Positions 1 to 9,994 of a DNA stretch of 64,000 bases are shown piece by piece. The notes below the pieces were generated by a model that was given only the letters and a program-made list of their open reading frames with translations, was not told the DNA's origin and searched no databases. Numbering within the stretch: the stretch's first letter is position 1; each line of letters opens with the position of its first letter. The translations under genes and the position numbers were made by a program. The DNA is taken from assembly GCA_903842795.1 (NCBI GenBank), contig CAIMNJ010000012.1, positions 14,180 to 78,179 of the forward strand. Reading direction: 5' to 3'. The DNA comes from an uncultured bacterium (GTDB taxonomy: Bacteria; Patescibacteriota; Microgenomatia; UBA1400; PJMF01).

Positions 1-951
1 ATCAGCATTGCCTTTGTGAATAACATTTTCTAAGGCTGCAGGGACCAAAATATCGACATTGAGTTCCAATAGCTCTTCGTTGGCGATATTTTTGGTGTAG
101 CATTTACCGAGCGAACCCTGTTCTTTTTTGCAGGATAGCGCTTTGGCAGCGTCGATACCTTTTGGATCAAAAACTCCACCCTTAGAATCAGAAATAGCTA
201 CCACTTTATAGCCGCGGTCAGCGGCGTGTTTGGCAAACCAATAACCAACATTACCGAAACCTTGCACGGCGATGGTAACTTTCTTTTTATCTTTAAAACC
301 CATTTTGGCTACCAATTTTTCCAAAACCATTACTCCACCCAATCCAGTAGCTTCATCTCGACCTTCTGAACCGCCAAGAGTAAGTGGTTTGCCGGTAAAA
401 GTGGCAAGAGGATTCTCTTGAATCAGGCCTTTTTTAGCTAAGTTTTTTTGGTATTGATCGACCATCCAAGACATGATTTCACCAGTGGTATTAACATCTG
501 GAGCAGGTACATCAACCCAAGGACCAATTTTTGTGGTCAAAAAGTCTACATAGGCGCGGCTCAATCTTTCTAATTCTCTTTTGGAAAGTTTTCTTGGATC
601 AACAATAATACCACCTTTACCGCCGCCATAAGGAATACCAGTGACGGCACATTTCCAGGTCATCCAGGTAGATAAAGCTTTGACTTCTTCCAAAGAAACA
701 TCTTGGTGAAAGCGAATGCCACCTTTGTATGGTCCACGCGCATTATTATGTTGAGAGCGATAAGCTTGGAATTGTTTTTTCTTGCCATTGTCCATCTTAA
801 TAGTGAGTTTTTTTTGGTGGACAAAATCCGGTTTTTTAAGACGCTTGATGATGACATCAAAAGCTTTTTCTTGACCTTCATAGTCAACTCGTAAAAGTTT
901 GGCAACTTTTTCTAATTGTTTAATAGCATTGGCATGGGGATTATTTGACAT
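1..951 (-). CDS. gdhA: NAD(P)-glutamate dehydrogenase (Glu/Leu/Phe/Val dehydrogenase family), partial. The C-terminus runs off the window start
   Basis: Manual translation of the minus strand from the ATG at 951..949 gives MSNNPHANAIKQLEK...GIPYGGGKGG...VQGFGNVGYWFAKH.... This carries the GDH catalytic-lysine motif and a Rossmann GxGxxG. The frame is open to position 1, so there is no in-window stop, which is why it is missing from the ORF track. Confidence 0.85.
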   Translation of the reverse strand, partial: MSNNPHANAIKQLEKVAKLLRVDYEGQEKAFDVIIKRLKKPDFVHQKKLTIKMDNGKKKQFQAYRSQHNNARGPYKGGIRFHQDVSLEEVKALSTWMTWKCAVTGIPYGGGKGGIIVDPRKLSKRELERLSRAYVDFLTTKIGPWVDVPAPDVNTTGEIMSWMVDQYQKNLAKKGLIQENPLATFTGKPLTLGGSEGRDEATGLGGVMVLEKLVAKMGFKDKKKVTIAVQGFGNVGYWFAKHAADRGYKVVAISDSKGGVFDPKGIDAAKALSCKKEQGSLGKCYTKNIANEELLELNVDILVPAALENVIHKGNAD

Positions 952-1067
952 ATGTTTCTTAATGTACCCCCAACGGGTATATGGTGTCAACAAAGAAAAT
1001 TTTTTAAAGAATAATTTGACAGATTACCTGATTTGCCATTCACTTTTTTTTCATTTATAATTTTGGT

Positions 1068-2867
1068 ATGCCTACAGACACTCGCCTGCTCTATATCCTT
1101 GCTGATCTAGCTTACATCACCAAATTGGTGCCTAGCAAAAAAGCTCATGAATTTGTTTTATCTGATTTCCGCCAGATTAATGGTGAATTTTTGGATGAAA
1201 ATACTTTGATTCAAAAAAATTTAGCCAAACTTTTTTCCAAATTAGAAGCTGGCAGTTACAAATTAATTTTGCCTGACTTTTTATTTACTAGTACGATTGT
1301 GAACATCGAGTTGGATAATGAAGAGGCAGTCAAAGAACATCTAAAGAGTAAATTACTTCCAGAATTAGGTATTAATGATGCTGATTTTTATTTAGATACA
1401 ACTGTTCTTAGTAATTACAAAGGCTCTTTTAAGGTACAGCTAACTGCTTTGGAAAAATCGGTAGTTGCTCCTTTGACAGAGGCACTCAAAGATCACAAGG
1501 ATGTAAAAATTGATGGAATTTCTCCCCTAAGTTGGACCACTAAATCCATTATTAGCCTGGAGCCATCGGTGGCTATTTTGCAAATGGGTAATCACCTTTT
1601 CTTGGCAGAACACTATATTGGTGTTGATCAATGTTATTCCGTTGATGTCGCAGAAGCAGAGAACTTTACCGAAACAGTCAAAACTCTTAAAGGTGTGGAA
1701 TCTAGCTTGCAAACTGTTTATCTTCTAACTAATAGTTTGGTTGATGATGCCATCAAAGACAAGCTAAAAGAAACATTGCCAGTTCAACAGCTTGCTGATT
1801 TGGCTAGTGAAGGCGGTAATATGCCTTCTTATGTTAGGCAAATTATTGAGGCTGGTGCCAAAACTTATTCTATTCCAGAATTTTTATTACCCCAATTTAC
1901 TTTAGACAAAGACTACGAAGTAAAAGCTGACAAAAAAGACAATAATGAAACTGAAGATTTGAGCAATTTAGTCAAGCCAGCAGTGGTTGGTGAAGCTGTT
2001 TTGCCTGCACCGCTTGAAGTCAAAGCCGAAGAAATTGCCGCCTCTGTGGAGAGCTTAGATGAAGAGGATGAGGAAGAAGCTGAAGACAAAGTCGAAGAGA
2101 TTAAAGAGGTGAAGGAAACCAAGAAGGCAGATGATGTAGAATTAGAAGAAGTCAAAGCTTGGCCAGATTTTCCAACAGCTAAAGTTGAGGCCAAACAGGA
2201 AGTCAAAATGCCAGAGTTAGAAAAAGAAAAAGATATTGATTTTAGTCAGTTCGCCAATTTAGCTCTTGATCCATCAGTATTTAGCAAAAATAAGTCTGTT
2301 GCCAATAGTCAGTTGGCCAAAGACGGAAAGGGAGAGATGAAAATTACAGATCTTCCAGAAAAAACAGTCATCAAAAATCACAATGACGGCGCTTCTGTGA
2401 GTAAAATGATTTTAATTGGTCTTTTGAGTTTTGTGATTACCATTGCTTTGGGAGCTGGTTTGGCCTTCACTTATGTTAAGTGGACTGCTACTAGTAGTAA
2501 TACTAAGCCGGTTGTGGAAGTTCAGCCAAGCGTTACTCCAGTTGCCACTACTACCCCAACTTTGACTCCAGAAATTGTCAAAGCTGATTACACCATTCTG
2601 GTGGTTAATGCTACTACTAAGGCTGGTTATGCTGGCACCATTGTCGCTAAGGTTAAGGAAGGTGGATTTGATAATGTTTCCGCCAAAAATGCCAAAGGCA
2701 TTTATGAGCCTGGTGATTATTTATTAGTGCAAGAAGACAATGCCATCAATCAAGCCTTACTTAAGGAATTGGAGAAAGCGACTTCTTTAACTCTAACTCT
2801 TAAGGCGGATATTGCCACTGAAGATAGCAGCAGTAAATCAAGTGCAGTAATCGTCCTCGGTCAATAA
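1068..2867 (+). CDS. Membrane protein with an N-terminal cytoplasmic domain, a long acidic E/K-rich linker, one TM helix and a C-terminal LytR_C-like domain
   Basis: 599-aa ORF. There is a low-complexity EEDEEEAEDKVEEIKEVKE region and a hydrophobic segment MILIGLLSFVITIALGAGLAF. The C-terminus, YTILVVNATTKAGYAGTIVAKVKEGGFDNVSAK...YLLVQEDN, resembles the LytR cell-envelope regulator C-terminal domain. Confidence 0.5.
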   Translation: MPTDTRLLYILADLAYITKLVPSKKAHEFVLSDFRQINGEFLDENTLIQKNLAKLFSKLEAGSYKLILPDFLFTSTIVNIELDNEEAVKEHLKSKLLPELGINDADFYLDTTVLSNYKGSFKVQLTALEKSVVAPLTEALKDHKDVKIDGISPLSWTTKSIISLEPSVAILQMGNHLFLAEHYIGVDQCYSVDVAEAENFTETVKTLKGVESSLQTVYLLTNSLVDDAIKDKLKETLPVQQLADLASEGGNMPSYVRQIIEAGAKTYSIPEFLLPQFTLDKDYEVKADKKDNNETEDLSNLVKPAVVGEAVLPAPLEVKAEEIAASVESLDEEDEEEAEDKVEEIKEVKETKKADDVELEEVKAWPDFPTAKVEAKQEVKMPELEKEKDIDFSQFANLALDPSVFSKNKSVANSQLAKDGKGEMKITDLPEKTVIKNHNDGASVSKMILIGLLSFVITIALGAGLAFTYVKWTATSSNTKPVVEVQPSVTPVATTTPTLTPEIVKADYTILVVNATTKAGYAGTIVAKVKEGGFDNVSAKNAKGIYEPGDYLLVQEDNAINQALLKELEKATSLTLTLKADIATEDSSSKSSAVIVLGQ

Positions 2868-2915
2868 AATTAAGGATTGCCAAAGAAAAAAAGTTATTTA
2901 TACTAGGCGACTGTT

Positions 2916-3383
2916 ATGACAGATCAAATTACAATTACTCAATCTGGATTCGAAGAGCTTCAACAAGAAGTTCTTGAGTTGAAAAACGTCAAAATTCCAA
3001 AAGTTATTGAGCGCATTGCCAATGCTAGAGAGCAAGGCGATCTTTCTGAGAATGCTGATTATCATAGTGCTAGAGACGAGCGAGATATTTTGCAGGCTCG
3101 TATCAATGAAATTGAAGAGATTTTGCTCAACGCAAAAGTGACTGCTTCCACTAAAACTGCCGGCATAGTAAATATCGGCTCGATTGTTACTTTGGAAATC
3201 GTTAGCAAAGGCAAGAAAATTACTTACCAAATGAGTGGTGAATATGAATCTAATCCAGCTGAAGGCAAAATTTCCGTCGAGTCTCCAGTGGGTAAAGCCT
3301 TGCTTAAGAAAAGCAAAGGTGAGGTCATAGAAGTGAAAACCCCGGCGGGCACCATCACTTACAAAATCTTAGAAGTCAAATAA
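2916..3383 (+). CDS. greA: Transcription elongation factor GreA
   Basis: 155 aa, MTDQITITQSGFEELQQEVLELKNVKIPKVIERIANAREQGDLSENADYHSARDE... This is the canonical GreA coiled-coil plus FKBP-like C-terminal domain. Confidence 0.9.
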   Translation: MTDQITITQSGFEELQQEVLELKNVKIPKVIERIANAREQGDLSENADYHSARDERDILQARINEIEEILLNAKVTASTKTAGIVNIGSIVTLEIVSKGKKITYQMSGEYESNPAEGKISVESPVGKALLKKSKGEVIEVKTPAGTITYKILEVK

Positions 3384-3398
3384 AATAACAAATCAAGA

Positions 3399-3427
3399 AA
3401 AGCCCCGCCAAAAAGCGGGGCTTTTTA
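3399..3427 (+). terminator. Rho-independent terminator after greA
   Basis: AAAAGCCCCGCcaaaaaGCGGGGCTTTTT is a perfect GC-rich 8-bp stem followed by a T-run. Confidence 0.7.
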
Positions 3428-3446
3428 GTATAATCAAAGGATATCT

Positions 3447-5096
3447 ATGCAAAAACAAATCGCACAAAGTAAACACTGGTTGGACAAGGTGGTTGACGGC
3501 ATTCTAAAGTGGCAAGAAAAAAACAATATTGTCCAATTGCACGTTGATGATATGAAAACTCCATCTGGTCGTGTTCATACTGGTGCTTTGCGTGGTGTTT
3601 TACTGCATGACCTAGTGGCTCAAGTTTTACGTGAGCGAGGTGTGATTGCTGAGAGCACTTATGTCTTTAATGATATGGATCCTATGGATGGTTTGCCATC
3701 TTATCTGGAGGAAAGCGTTTTTGCAGAGCATATGGGCAAGCCACTTTATAAAATTCCTAAGCCAGATTTGGAAAAGTGCGGTATTGATTTGAGTCGCGTT
3801 TCGGTTGAAGAATTGGAAGATCTCAAAAATGCCAAAAATTTTGCCGAAATTTATGCCTTTGATTTTATTCATGCCTTCCGCTCCCTTGGTTGTAGTCAGG
3901 AAATCGTTTGGAGTCATGAACTTTATGAATCTGGCAAAATGGATGAACTCATTCGTTTGGCTCTCAACAGCGTTGAGCCAATGCGCAAGATTTATCAAGA
4001 TGTTGCCAAGTATCAGTTGCCAGAAAATTGGTATCCTTTCCAAGTGATTTGTCCTGTTTGTGGTAAATTGGGCACTACTCTGGTGACCGATTGGGATGGC
4101 AAGGAAGTAACTTTTGAATGTCAAGAAAATAAGGTTGCATGGGCCAAAGGCTGCGGTCATAAGGCCAAAATTAGTCCTTTTGGTGGCACAGGCAAGCTAC
4201 TTTGGAAGGTTGATTGGCCAGCTCATTGGACAGCAATGGGAGTCAATGTAGAAGGTGCTGGCAAAGATCACTCAAGTGCTGGCGGGTCTCGCGATATGGC
4301 CAATGCAGAATGTGAGCAAGTTTTTAAGATTCCAGTGCCTTTCAATATTCCTTATGAGTGGATTTTGATTCGTGGTGCCAAGATGAGTTCGAGCAAGGGT
4401 GTTGGTACTTCAGCACGCGAATTTACCAAGCTTTTCCCACCAGCAGTGGGACGTTTCCTTTTTGCCAGTCGCAATTATGCTCAAGTAATTGATTTTGATC
4501 CAGCCACCATGGCTATACCTGATCTTTTTGATGAATATGATCAAGGTGCTAGAATCGCTTGGGGGCAAGAAGAAGGTGATGAAAGATTGGCTCGTGCTTT
4601 TGTTTTATCTCAAGTTGCGCAAGCTCAACAAGTTTCTTTCTTGCCAAGATTCCGTGATGTGGCATTATGGATGCAATACCCAGACAAAGATTTGTTGGAG
4701 GAATTTGCTAAAGTCAAAAACGCTCCTCTCAACGAATTAGAACAAGCTTTGCTCAAAGAACGTATGGCTTATGCTGAAATTTGGTTGGAAAATTATGCTC
4801 CAACAGATTATCAACTTCGTCCAAGAGCAGAATTGCCGGAAGAAGCTAAGAATTTGAGTGAGCAGCAGCGAGCCTTTCTCAAGGAATTGCAGGTTTTGCT
4901 TGACGAGAAAAAAGACTTAGCACCTGCTGATTTACAGCAACAAATTTTTGAATTATCCAAAAAAAGTATCGGGCCAAGACCTGCTTTTGAGAGTATTTAT
5001 CTGCTTTTACTTGGCAAAAAAGCTGGTCCTAGAGCAGCTTGGTTGCTTCAGGCAACTGCTCTAGAATTACTAAAAAGTCGTTTTGAGGAAATTTAA
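3447..5096 (+). CDS. lysK: Lysine--tRNA ligase, class I (archaeal type)
   Basis: 549 aa. The N-terminal ...MKTPSGRVHTGALRGV... fits the class I LysRS PSG.VH.G..R signature and GAKMSSSKGVG is a KMSKS-like motif. The size fits class I LysRS. Confidence 0.7.
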   Translation: MQKQIAQSKHWLDKVVDGILKWQEKNNIVQLHVDDMKTPSGRVHTGALRGVLLHDLVAQVLRERGVIAESTYVFNDMDPMDGLPSYLEESVFAEHMGKPLYKIPKPDLEKCGIDLSRVSVEELEDLKNAKNFAEIYAFDFIHAFRSLGCSQEIVWSHELYESGKMDELIRLALNSVEPMRKIYQDVAKYQLPENWYPFQVICPVCGKLGTTLVTDWDGKEVTFECQENKVAWAKGCGHKAKISPFGGTGKLLWKVDWPAHWTAMGVNVEGAGKDHSSAGGSRDMANAECEQVFKIPVPFNIPYEWILIRGAKMSSSKGVGTSAREFTKLFPPAVGRFLFASRNYAQVIDFDPATMAIPDLFDEYDQGARIAWGQEEGDERLARAFVLSQVAQAQQVSFLPRFRDVALWMQYPDKDLLEEFAKVKNAPLNELEQALLKERMAYAEIWLENYAPTDYQLRPRAELPEEAKNLSEQQRAFLKELQVLLDEKKDLAPADLQQQIFELSKKSIGPRPAFESIYLLLLGKKAGPRAAWLLQATALELLKSRFEEI

Positions 5097-5098
5097 TC

Positions 5099-5632
5099 AT
5101 GAGTTTACCAAGTCGCGATCAAAGTCAAAATTTACTCAAGAAATATATGGAAAATGAAGCTCTGCTCCGCCATTCTCGCATGGTGGCTGCGGCCATGGAG
5201 GCTTATGCAAAAGCTTTGGGACAAGATGTGGAGTTGTGGTATGCCACAGGTTTGTTGCATGATTTGGACTGGGAGAAATATCCGGATGAGCACCCAATGA
5301 AAGCAGTGGCCGATTTTTTTGCAGATTATCCAGCCGAAATGAAGCAAGCTATTTTGGCTCATGCTCCAGGAAGAACTGGTGCTAAAGCTGAGAGCTTATT
5401 GGATAAGTACCTTTTTGCTTGTGATGAGCTAAGTGGTTTGATGAATGCAGTTTCGCTGATGCGTCCCAATGGTTTCGCTGATATGGAAAGTAAGTCGGTC
5501 AAGAAAAAAATCAAAGACAAATCTTTTGCGGCCAATGTTAGTCGTGAGGATATTGCTCTTGGTTTCGAATTAATTGGCAAAACCCCAGATGAACACATTG
5601 AATTTCTAATTAAAGTATTTGCGCAATTTTAG
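5099..5632 (+). CDS. HD-domain (HDIG-like) phosphohydrolase
   Basis: 177 aa with H...HD metal motif context (RHSRMVAAAMEAYA...LLHDLDWEKYPDEHP). It starts 2 nt after the lysK stop, so it is probably co-transcribed. Confidence 0.65.
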   Translation: MSLPSRDQSQNLLKKYMENEALLRHSRMVAAAMEAYAKALGQDVELWYATGLLHDLDWEKYPDEHPMKAVADFFADYPAEMKQAILAHAPGRTGAKAESLLDKYLFACDELSGLMNAVSLMRPNGFADMESKSVKKKIKDKSFAANVSREDIALGFELIGKTPDEHIEFLIKVFAQF

Positions 5633-5646
5633 CAAAGGAGTTAATT

Positions 5647-6903
5647 ATGCTAGACATCAATTATGTCCGCCAAAATAAAGATCAGGTTAAAGAAGCCTGC
5701 GTTCATAAAAATCTTGACTCCTCCATCATCGATCAATTGTTAGCTGTGGATGAAGAGCGTCGCAGCTTGCAAAAAGAAATGGATGCTTTGCGCGCAGAGG
5801 CTAATGTCAACGCTGAAGCGATCAAAAAAATGGTCGCCGAAGGTGGTCGTCCTAGTGCTGATTTGGTCGAAAATGGCAAACAAATCAAAGCCAAACTTAA
5901 AGAATTTGAACCAAAAGATCAGGAAATTAACGCTAATTTTTTTGAACTATTAAGTAGCGTGCCAAATGTACCAGCAGCTGATGTGCCGGTTGCCAAAGAT
6001 GAATCTGGCAATCAAGTAATTAGACAGGAAGGTACCAAACGCGAATTTGATTTTGCCCCAAAAACTCATGAAGAAATCATGAATGGTTTAGATTGGTTGG
6101 ATACAGAGAGAGCTACCAGAATAGCTGGATTCAGAGGTTATTTTCTCAAGAATGACGCCCTCTTTTTGGAGCAAGCTCTATTACTCTATGCTCTTTCGAT
6201 TATGAAAAAGCATGGCTTTACCGCCATGTCTGCACCAGTTTTGGTCAATAAAGAAGCTATGTTCGGCACTGGTTATTTCCCATGGGGAGCCCAAGATCAT
6301 TACTATACTCAAGATGGTCAAATTTTGGCGGGGACTGCGGAAGTGGCTCTCACCTCTTACTATGGTGGTGAATTGCTCCGTGAGAAGGATTTGCCAATCA
6401 AAATTTGTGGCATTTCTCCTTGCTTCCGTCGTGAAGTTGGTACTTACGGTAAAGACACCAAAGGAGTTGTGCGCGTGCATCAATTCAATAAAGTCGAACA
6501 AGTGGTTTTGACCGTAGCCGATGAAGAAGAAACTCGTAAATGGCATGAGCAAATGCTCGGTTTTTCTGAAGAATTGTTGCGCGGCTTGAATTTGCCTTAT
6601 CAAGTTTTACTAATGTGTACTGGCGATATGGGTGCAGGACAACGTAAGAAATATGACATTGAGACATGGTTCCCTGGTCAAGGAAAATATCGCGAAACTC
6701 ATAGCGCTAGTTATTTTAACGACTTTCAAGCTCGCCGCTTAAATATTCGCTATCAAGCCAAGGATGGCAGTACCAAGTTTGTTTACACTTTGAATAATAC
6801 CGTCGCCGCTTCCCCTCGTTTATTGGCGGCAGTGATTGAGAACTATCAGCAGGCTGATGGCTCAGTTGAAATTCCGGAAGTGTTAAAACCATTTATGGTT
6901 TAA
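5647..6903 (+). CDS. serS: Serine--tRNA ligase
   Basis: 418 aa, MLDINYVRQNKDQVKEACVHKNLD... (N-terminal coiled-coil arm), followed by class II motifs (FRREVGTYGKDTKGVVRVHQFNKVE, GAGQRKKYDIETWFPGQGKYRE). Confidence 0.9.
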   Translation: MLDINYVRQNKDQVKEACVHKNLDSSIIDQLLAVDEERRSLQKEMDALRAEANVNAEAIKKMVAEGGRPSADLVENGKQIKAKLKEFEPKDQEINANFFELLSSVPNVPAADVPVAKDESGNQVIRQEGTKREFDFAPKTHEEIMNGLDWLDTERATRIAGFRGYFLKNDALFLEQALLLYALSIMKKHGFTAMSAPVLVNKEAMFGTGYFPWGAQDHYYTQDGQILAGTAEVALTSYYGGELLREKDLPIKICGISPCFRREVGTYGKDTKGVVRVHQFNKVEQVVLTVADEEETRKWHEQMLGFSEELLRGLNLPYQVLLMCTGDMGAGQRKKYDIETWFPGQGKYRETHSASYFNDFQARRLNIRYQAKDGSTKFVYTLNNTVAASPRLLAAVIENYQQADGSVEIPEVLKPFMV

Positions 6904-6960
6904 TCTCAGATTAAAATAGCAAAATCGTGCTAGAATTTAATCTCGTTTGGAAAGAAAATT

Positions 6961-9900
6961 ATGTTTAAATTTTTAAAAAGCTTCTTTGATGAAGAGGCCA
7001 AAAAACTCAGCAAATATCAGGCAGTGGTTGATCAGATCAACGCTTTTGAACCAACCATGCAGGAGTTAAGTGATACTGAATTGGCAGCTCAAACAGAAAA
7101 ATTCAAATCAAGAATAGCTGAAGCTGTGTCTGGTGTTAGCGCAGAAAATTTACATGCTGCAGAGCAAGCAATTTTAAGCGAAATTTTGCCAGAAGCTTAT
7201 GCCACTGTGCGCGAGGCTTCGCGTCGTATTTTAGGCATGCGTCACTTTGACGTTCAGCTTTTGGCTGGTGTAGCGCTAAACAATGGCAACATCACCGAAC
7301 AGAAAACTGGTGAGGGTAAGACTCTGACTGTGACCTGTCCGCTTTATCTCAATGCTTTGCTTGGTAAAGGCGTGCAGTTGATCACCGTCAATGACTATTT
7401 GTCAGAAATTGGTTTGGGTTGGATGGGTCCACTCTATCATTTTTTAGGGATGAAGGTGGCGGTTATTGTTCATGATCATGCTCGTCTTTACAATCCAGAT
7501 ATAGATAGTGAGGAACGTGGTGACGAACGTCTAGAGCATTTTCAAGAAATTGCTCGTCAAGACGCTTATTTGGCCGATATCACTTATGGTACCAATAACG
7601 AATTTGGTTTTGATTATTTGCGTGACAATATGGTCCAAAGCTTGGATCAAATGGTTCAGCGTCAAGATACTCCACACTATTTTGCCATTGTTGATGAAGC
7701 TGACTCTATTTTGATTGATGAAGCTCGTACTCCTTTGATTATTTCCGCTCCAGATAGTGAGCCGACAGATAAATATTTTGAACATGCCAAAATGGTACGT
7801 TCTTTAGTGATTGATCAAGATTATAAATTGGATGAAAAAGCTAAAACCGCCACACTAACTGATCTGGGTGTAAAGCGTATCGAAGCCAAATTAGGAGTCA
7901 AGAATCTTTACGAAGAAAGTTTTGATACCATTCATCATGTCGAATCTGCCTTAAAAGCAGCCACTCTTTATAGGCGCGATAAAGAATATATTGTCAAAGA
8001 CAATCAGGTGGTAATTGTTGATGAGCACACTGGACGCTTGATGTTCGGTCGTCGTTATAGTGATGGTTTGCATCAAGCAATTGAAGCCAAAGAAGGCGTA
8101 CCGATTCAACAAGAATCTCGTACTTTAGCGACAGTTTCCTTGCAGAACTATTTCCGTATGTATGCCAAACTTTCTGGTATGACTGGTACTGCTTTGACTG
8201 AAGCAGAAGAGTTTAATCAAATTTATCATGTTGATGTTTTGGCGATTCCTACCAATCAGCCAGTTCTGCGTCAAGATTTGCCAGATCAAGTTTACAAAAA
8301 TACAGCCGCTAAGTATTCGGCGATTGTCAAAGCTGTGGAAGAAATTCATGCGGCTGGTCGTCCGGTTTTGATTGGCACACGCTCAATTGAACACAATCAA
8401 ATTGTGGCTAATTTCTTGAAACGCAAAAATATTCCTCATCAAGTGCTTAATGCTAAAAATCATGAGAAAGAAGCTTTTATTATTGCCGATGCTGGTCGCA
8501 GAGGAGCAATTACTGTGGCTACAAATATTGCTGGTCGTGGTGTTGACATTGTTCTTGGTGGAGCGAAGCCAGAACTTAAGGATTTCTTGAAGGCAGAGCG
8601 TTCCAAGAAGCATATCGCTTTGGCTAAGAAATATGAAAAACTTGGTTTGCCAACTTCGATTAATCCAGCTAATTATGATTTAGATGCTTATGCTAGCGCT
8701 TTGGCTAAATGGCAGACCGATCACGAGGAAGTGGTTGGGGTTGGCGGTTTGGCGATTGTCGCGACTGAGCGTCACGAATCTCGTCGTATAGATAATCAGC
8801 TGCGTGGTCGCTCTGGTCGCCAGGGTGATCCTGGTACATCTCAATTTTTTGTGGCTTTGGATGATGAAATTATGCGTATTTTTGGTGGTGAGCAAATTGC
8901 CAAAGTGATGGATTTTCTTAAGATTGATGAAGATCAAGCGATTGAGAATCCGATGGTTAGCAAAGCAATCGAGTCTGCTCAGGTCAAAGTGGAAACTTTC
9001 TTTTTTGATCAACGTAAACGCTTAGTGGAGTTTGATGACGTGATGAATAAACATCGCGAAATCATTTATAAGCGCCGCCGCCGTTTGCTTGAAGCTGGCA
9101 CAATCAAAATTGAAGCCACCAAAAAATCTGATGATCATTTAGCTACAGTGATGTTGGATGACCAAGGTGAAAAAATTACTCTCAAAGACCAAATCATGGA
9201 TTATTTGAGTAATGAAATCACTGGTTTGGTTTCTTTGCGTGCACCAGAGAATTTCACCGATGATGAATTTGCCGCTATCAGTAAAGAATTTGTGCGCATT
9301 ATTCCTTTTGATGATGCTTCGCAATCTAGATTAACTACCAAGCTAAGCAAACTTTCTAATACAGATGAAATCACTTCTGAATTGATGGATGTAGTCAGCA
9401 AGACTTACGAATCAAGAGAAAAAGTGCTTGGTGAAGCCATTATGCGCGAGTTGGAAAAATATGTGGTCCTTTCTACTATTGATGAAAAATGGATGGATCA
9501 CTTAGACGGCATTGAAGATTTACGTGAAGGCATTTGGTTGCGTGGTGATAAAAACACCGTTTTGGCTGAATACAAAAAAGAAGCTTTTGCCATGTTTGAA
9601 AATTTGATTGCCAACGTTGAAAGCACCATTGCAGCTCGTATTTTCCGTGTCCAGCCAATGATGCAACGTGCTACCATGCCAGAAAAAATCAACTTACAAG
9701 CTCCTTCGGAAGCTACCCCAAGTTTGGGTCAAGCTGTACAGGTGGAAAAAAGACAAGAAAACGCTGGCAGCATAGGTGGTGTCAAAAAATCTGGCAATTC
9801 TGGGGATTTGGCTGCAGCTCTCGGAAATTTAGGCGGCAATCGTCAAACTCAGTCAAGCTCTTCAGTTGTCAGTTCTTCTGATGATAAATATGCCAAAGTT

Positions 9901-9984
9901 GGTCGCAATGATCTTTGTCCTTGCGGCTCAGGTTTGAAATACAAGAAGTGCGGTCTTATTAATGCAGCAAGCCATAAAGCTTAG
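6961..9984 (+). CDS. secA: Preprotein translocase ATPase SecA
   Basis: 1007 aa with Walker A GEGKTLTVTCPLYLNAL, a DEAD-like motif (DEADSILIDEARTPLIIS) and the C-terminal zinc motif CPCGSGLKYKKCG. Confidence 0.95.
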   Translation: MFKFLKSFFDEEAKKLSKYQAVVDQINAFEPTMQELSDTELAAQTEKFKSRIAEAVSGVSAENLHAAEQAILSEILPEAYATVREASRRILGMRHFDVQLLAGVALNNGNITEQKTGEGKTLTVTCPLYLNALLGKGVQLITVNDYLSEIGLGWMGPLYHFLGMKVAVIVHDHARLYNPDIDSEERGDERLEHFQEIARQDAYLADITYGTNNEFGFDYLRDNMVQSLDQMVQRQDTPHYFAIVDEADSILIDEARTPLIISAPDSEPTDKYFEHAKMVRSLVIDQDYKLDEKAKTATLTDLGVKRIEAKLGVKNLYEESFDTIHHVESALKAATLYRRDKEYIVKDNQVVIVDEHTGRLMFGRRYSDGLHQAIEAKEGVPIQQESRTLATVSLQNYFRMYAKLSGMTGTALTEAEEFNQIYHVDVLAIPTNQPVLRQDLPDQVYKNTAAKYSAIVKAVEEIHAAGRPVLIGTRSIEHNQIVANFLKRKNIPHQVLNAKNHEKEAFIIADAGRRGAITVATNIAGRGVDIVLGGAKPELKDFLKAERSKKHIALAKKYEKLGLPTSINPANYDLDAYASALAKWQTDHEEVVGVGGLAIVATERHESRRIDNQLRGRSGRQGDPGTSQFFVALDDEIMRIFGGEQIAKVMDFLKIDEDQAIENPMVSKAIESAQVKVETFFFDQRKRLVEFDDVMNKHREIIYKRRRRLLEAGTIKIEATKKSDDHLATVMLDDQGEKITLKDQIMDYLSNEITGLVSLRAPENFTDDEFAAISKEFVRIIPFDDASQSRLTTKLSKLSNTDEITSELMDVVSKTYESREKVLGEAIMRELEKYVVLSTIDEKWMDHLDGIEDLREGIWLRGDKNTVLAEYKKEAFAMFENLIANVESTIAARIFRVQPMMQRATMPEKINLQAPSEATPSLGQAVQVEKRQENAGSIGGVKKSGNSGDLAAALGNLGGNRQTQSSSSVVSSSDDKYAKVGRNDLCPCGSGLKYKKCGLINAASHKA

Positions 9985-9994
9985 CTAAATTATT

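Noticed and set aside
1913-2206. 97-aa Ser/Thr-rich antisense ORF
   Set aside because: It is the reverse complement of the GAA/GAG-rich acidic linker of the 1068-2867 gene. It is a low-complexity artefact.
3627-4160. 177-aa minus-strand ORF (and similar antisense ORFs within secA, dnaE, gatB)
   Set aside because: These are antisense to strongly supported genes. They are typical spurious open frames in AT-rich DNA.
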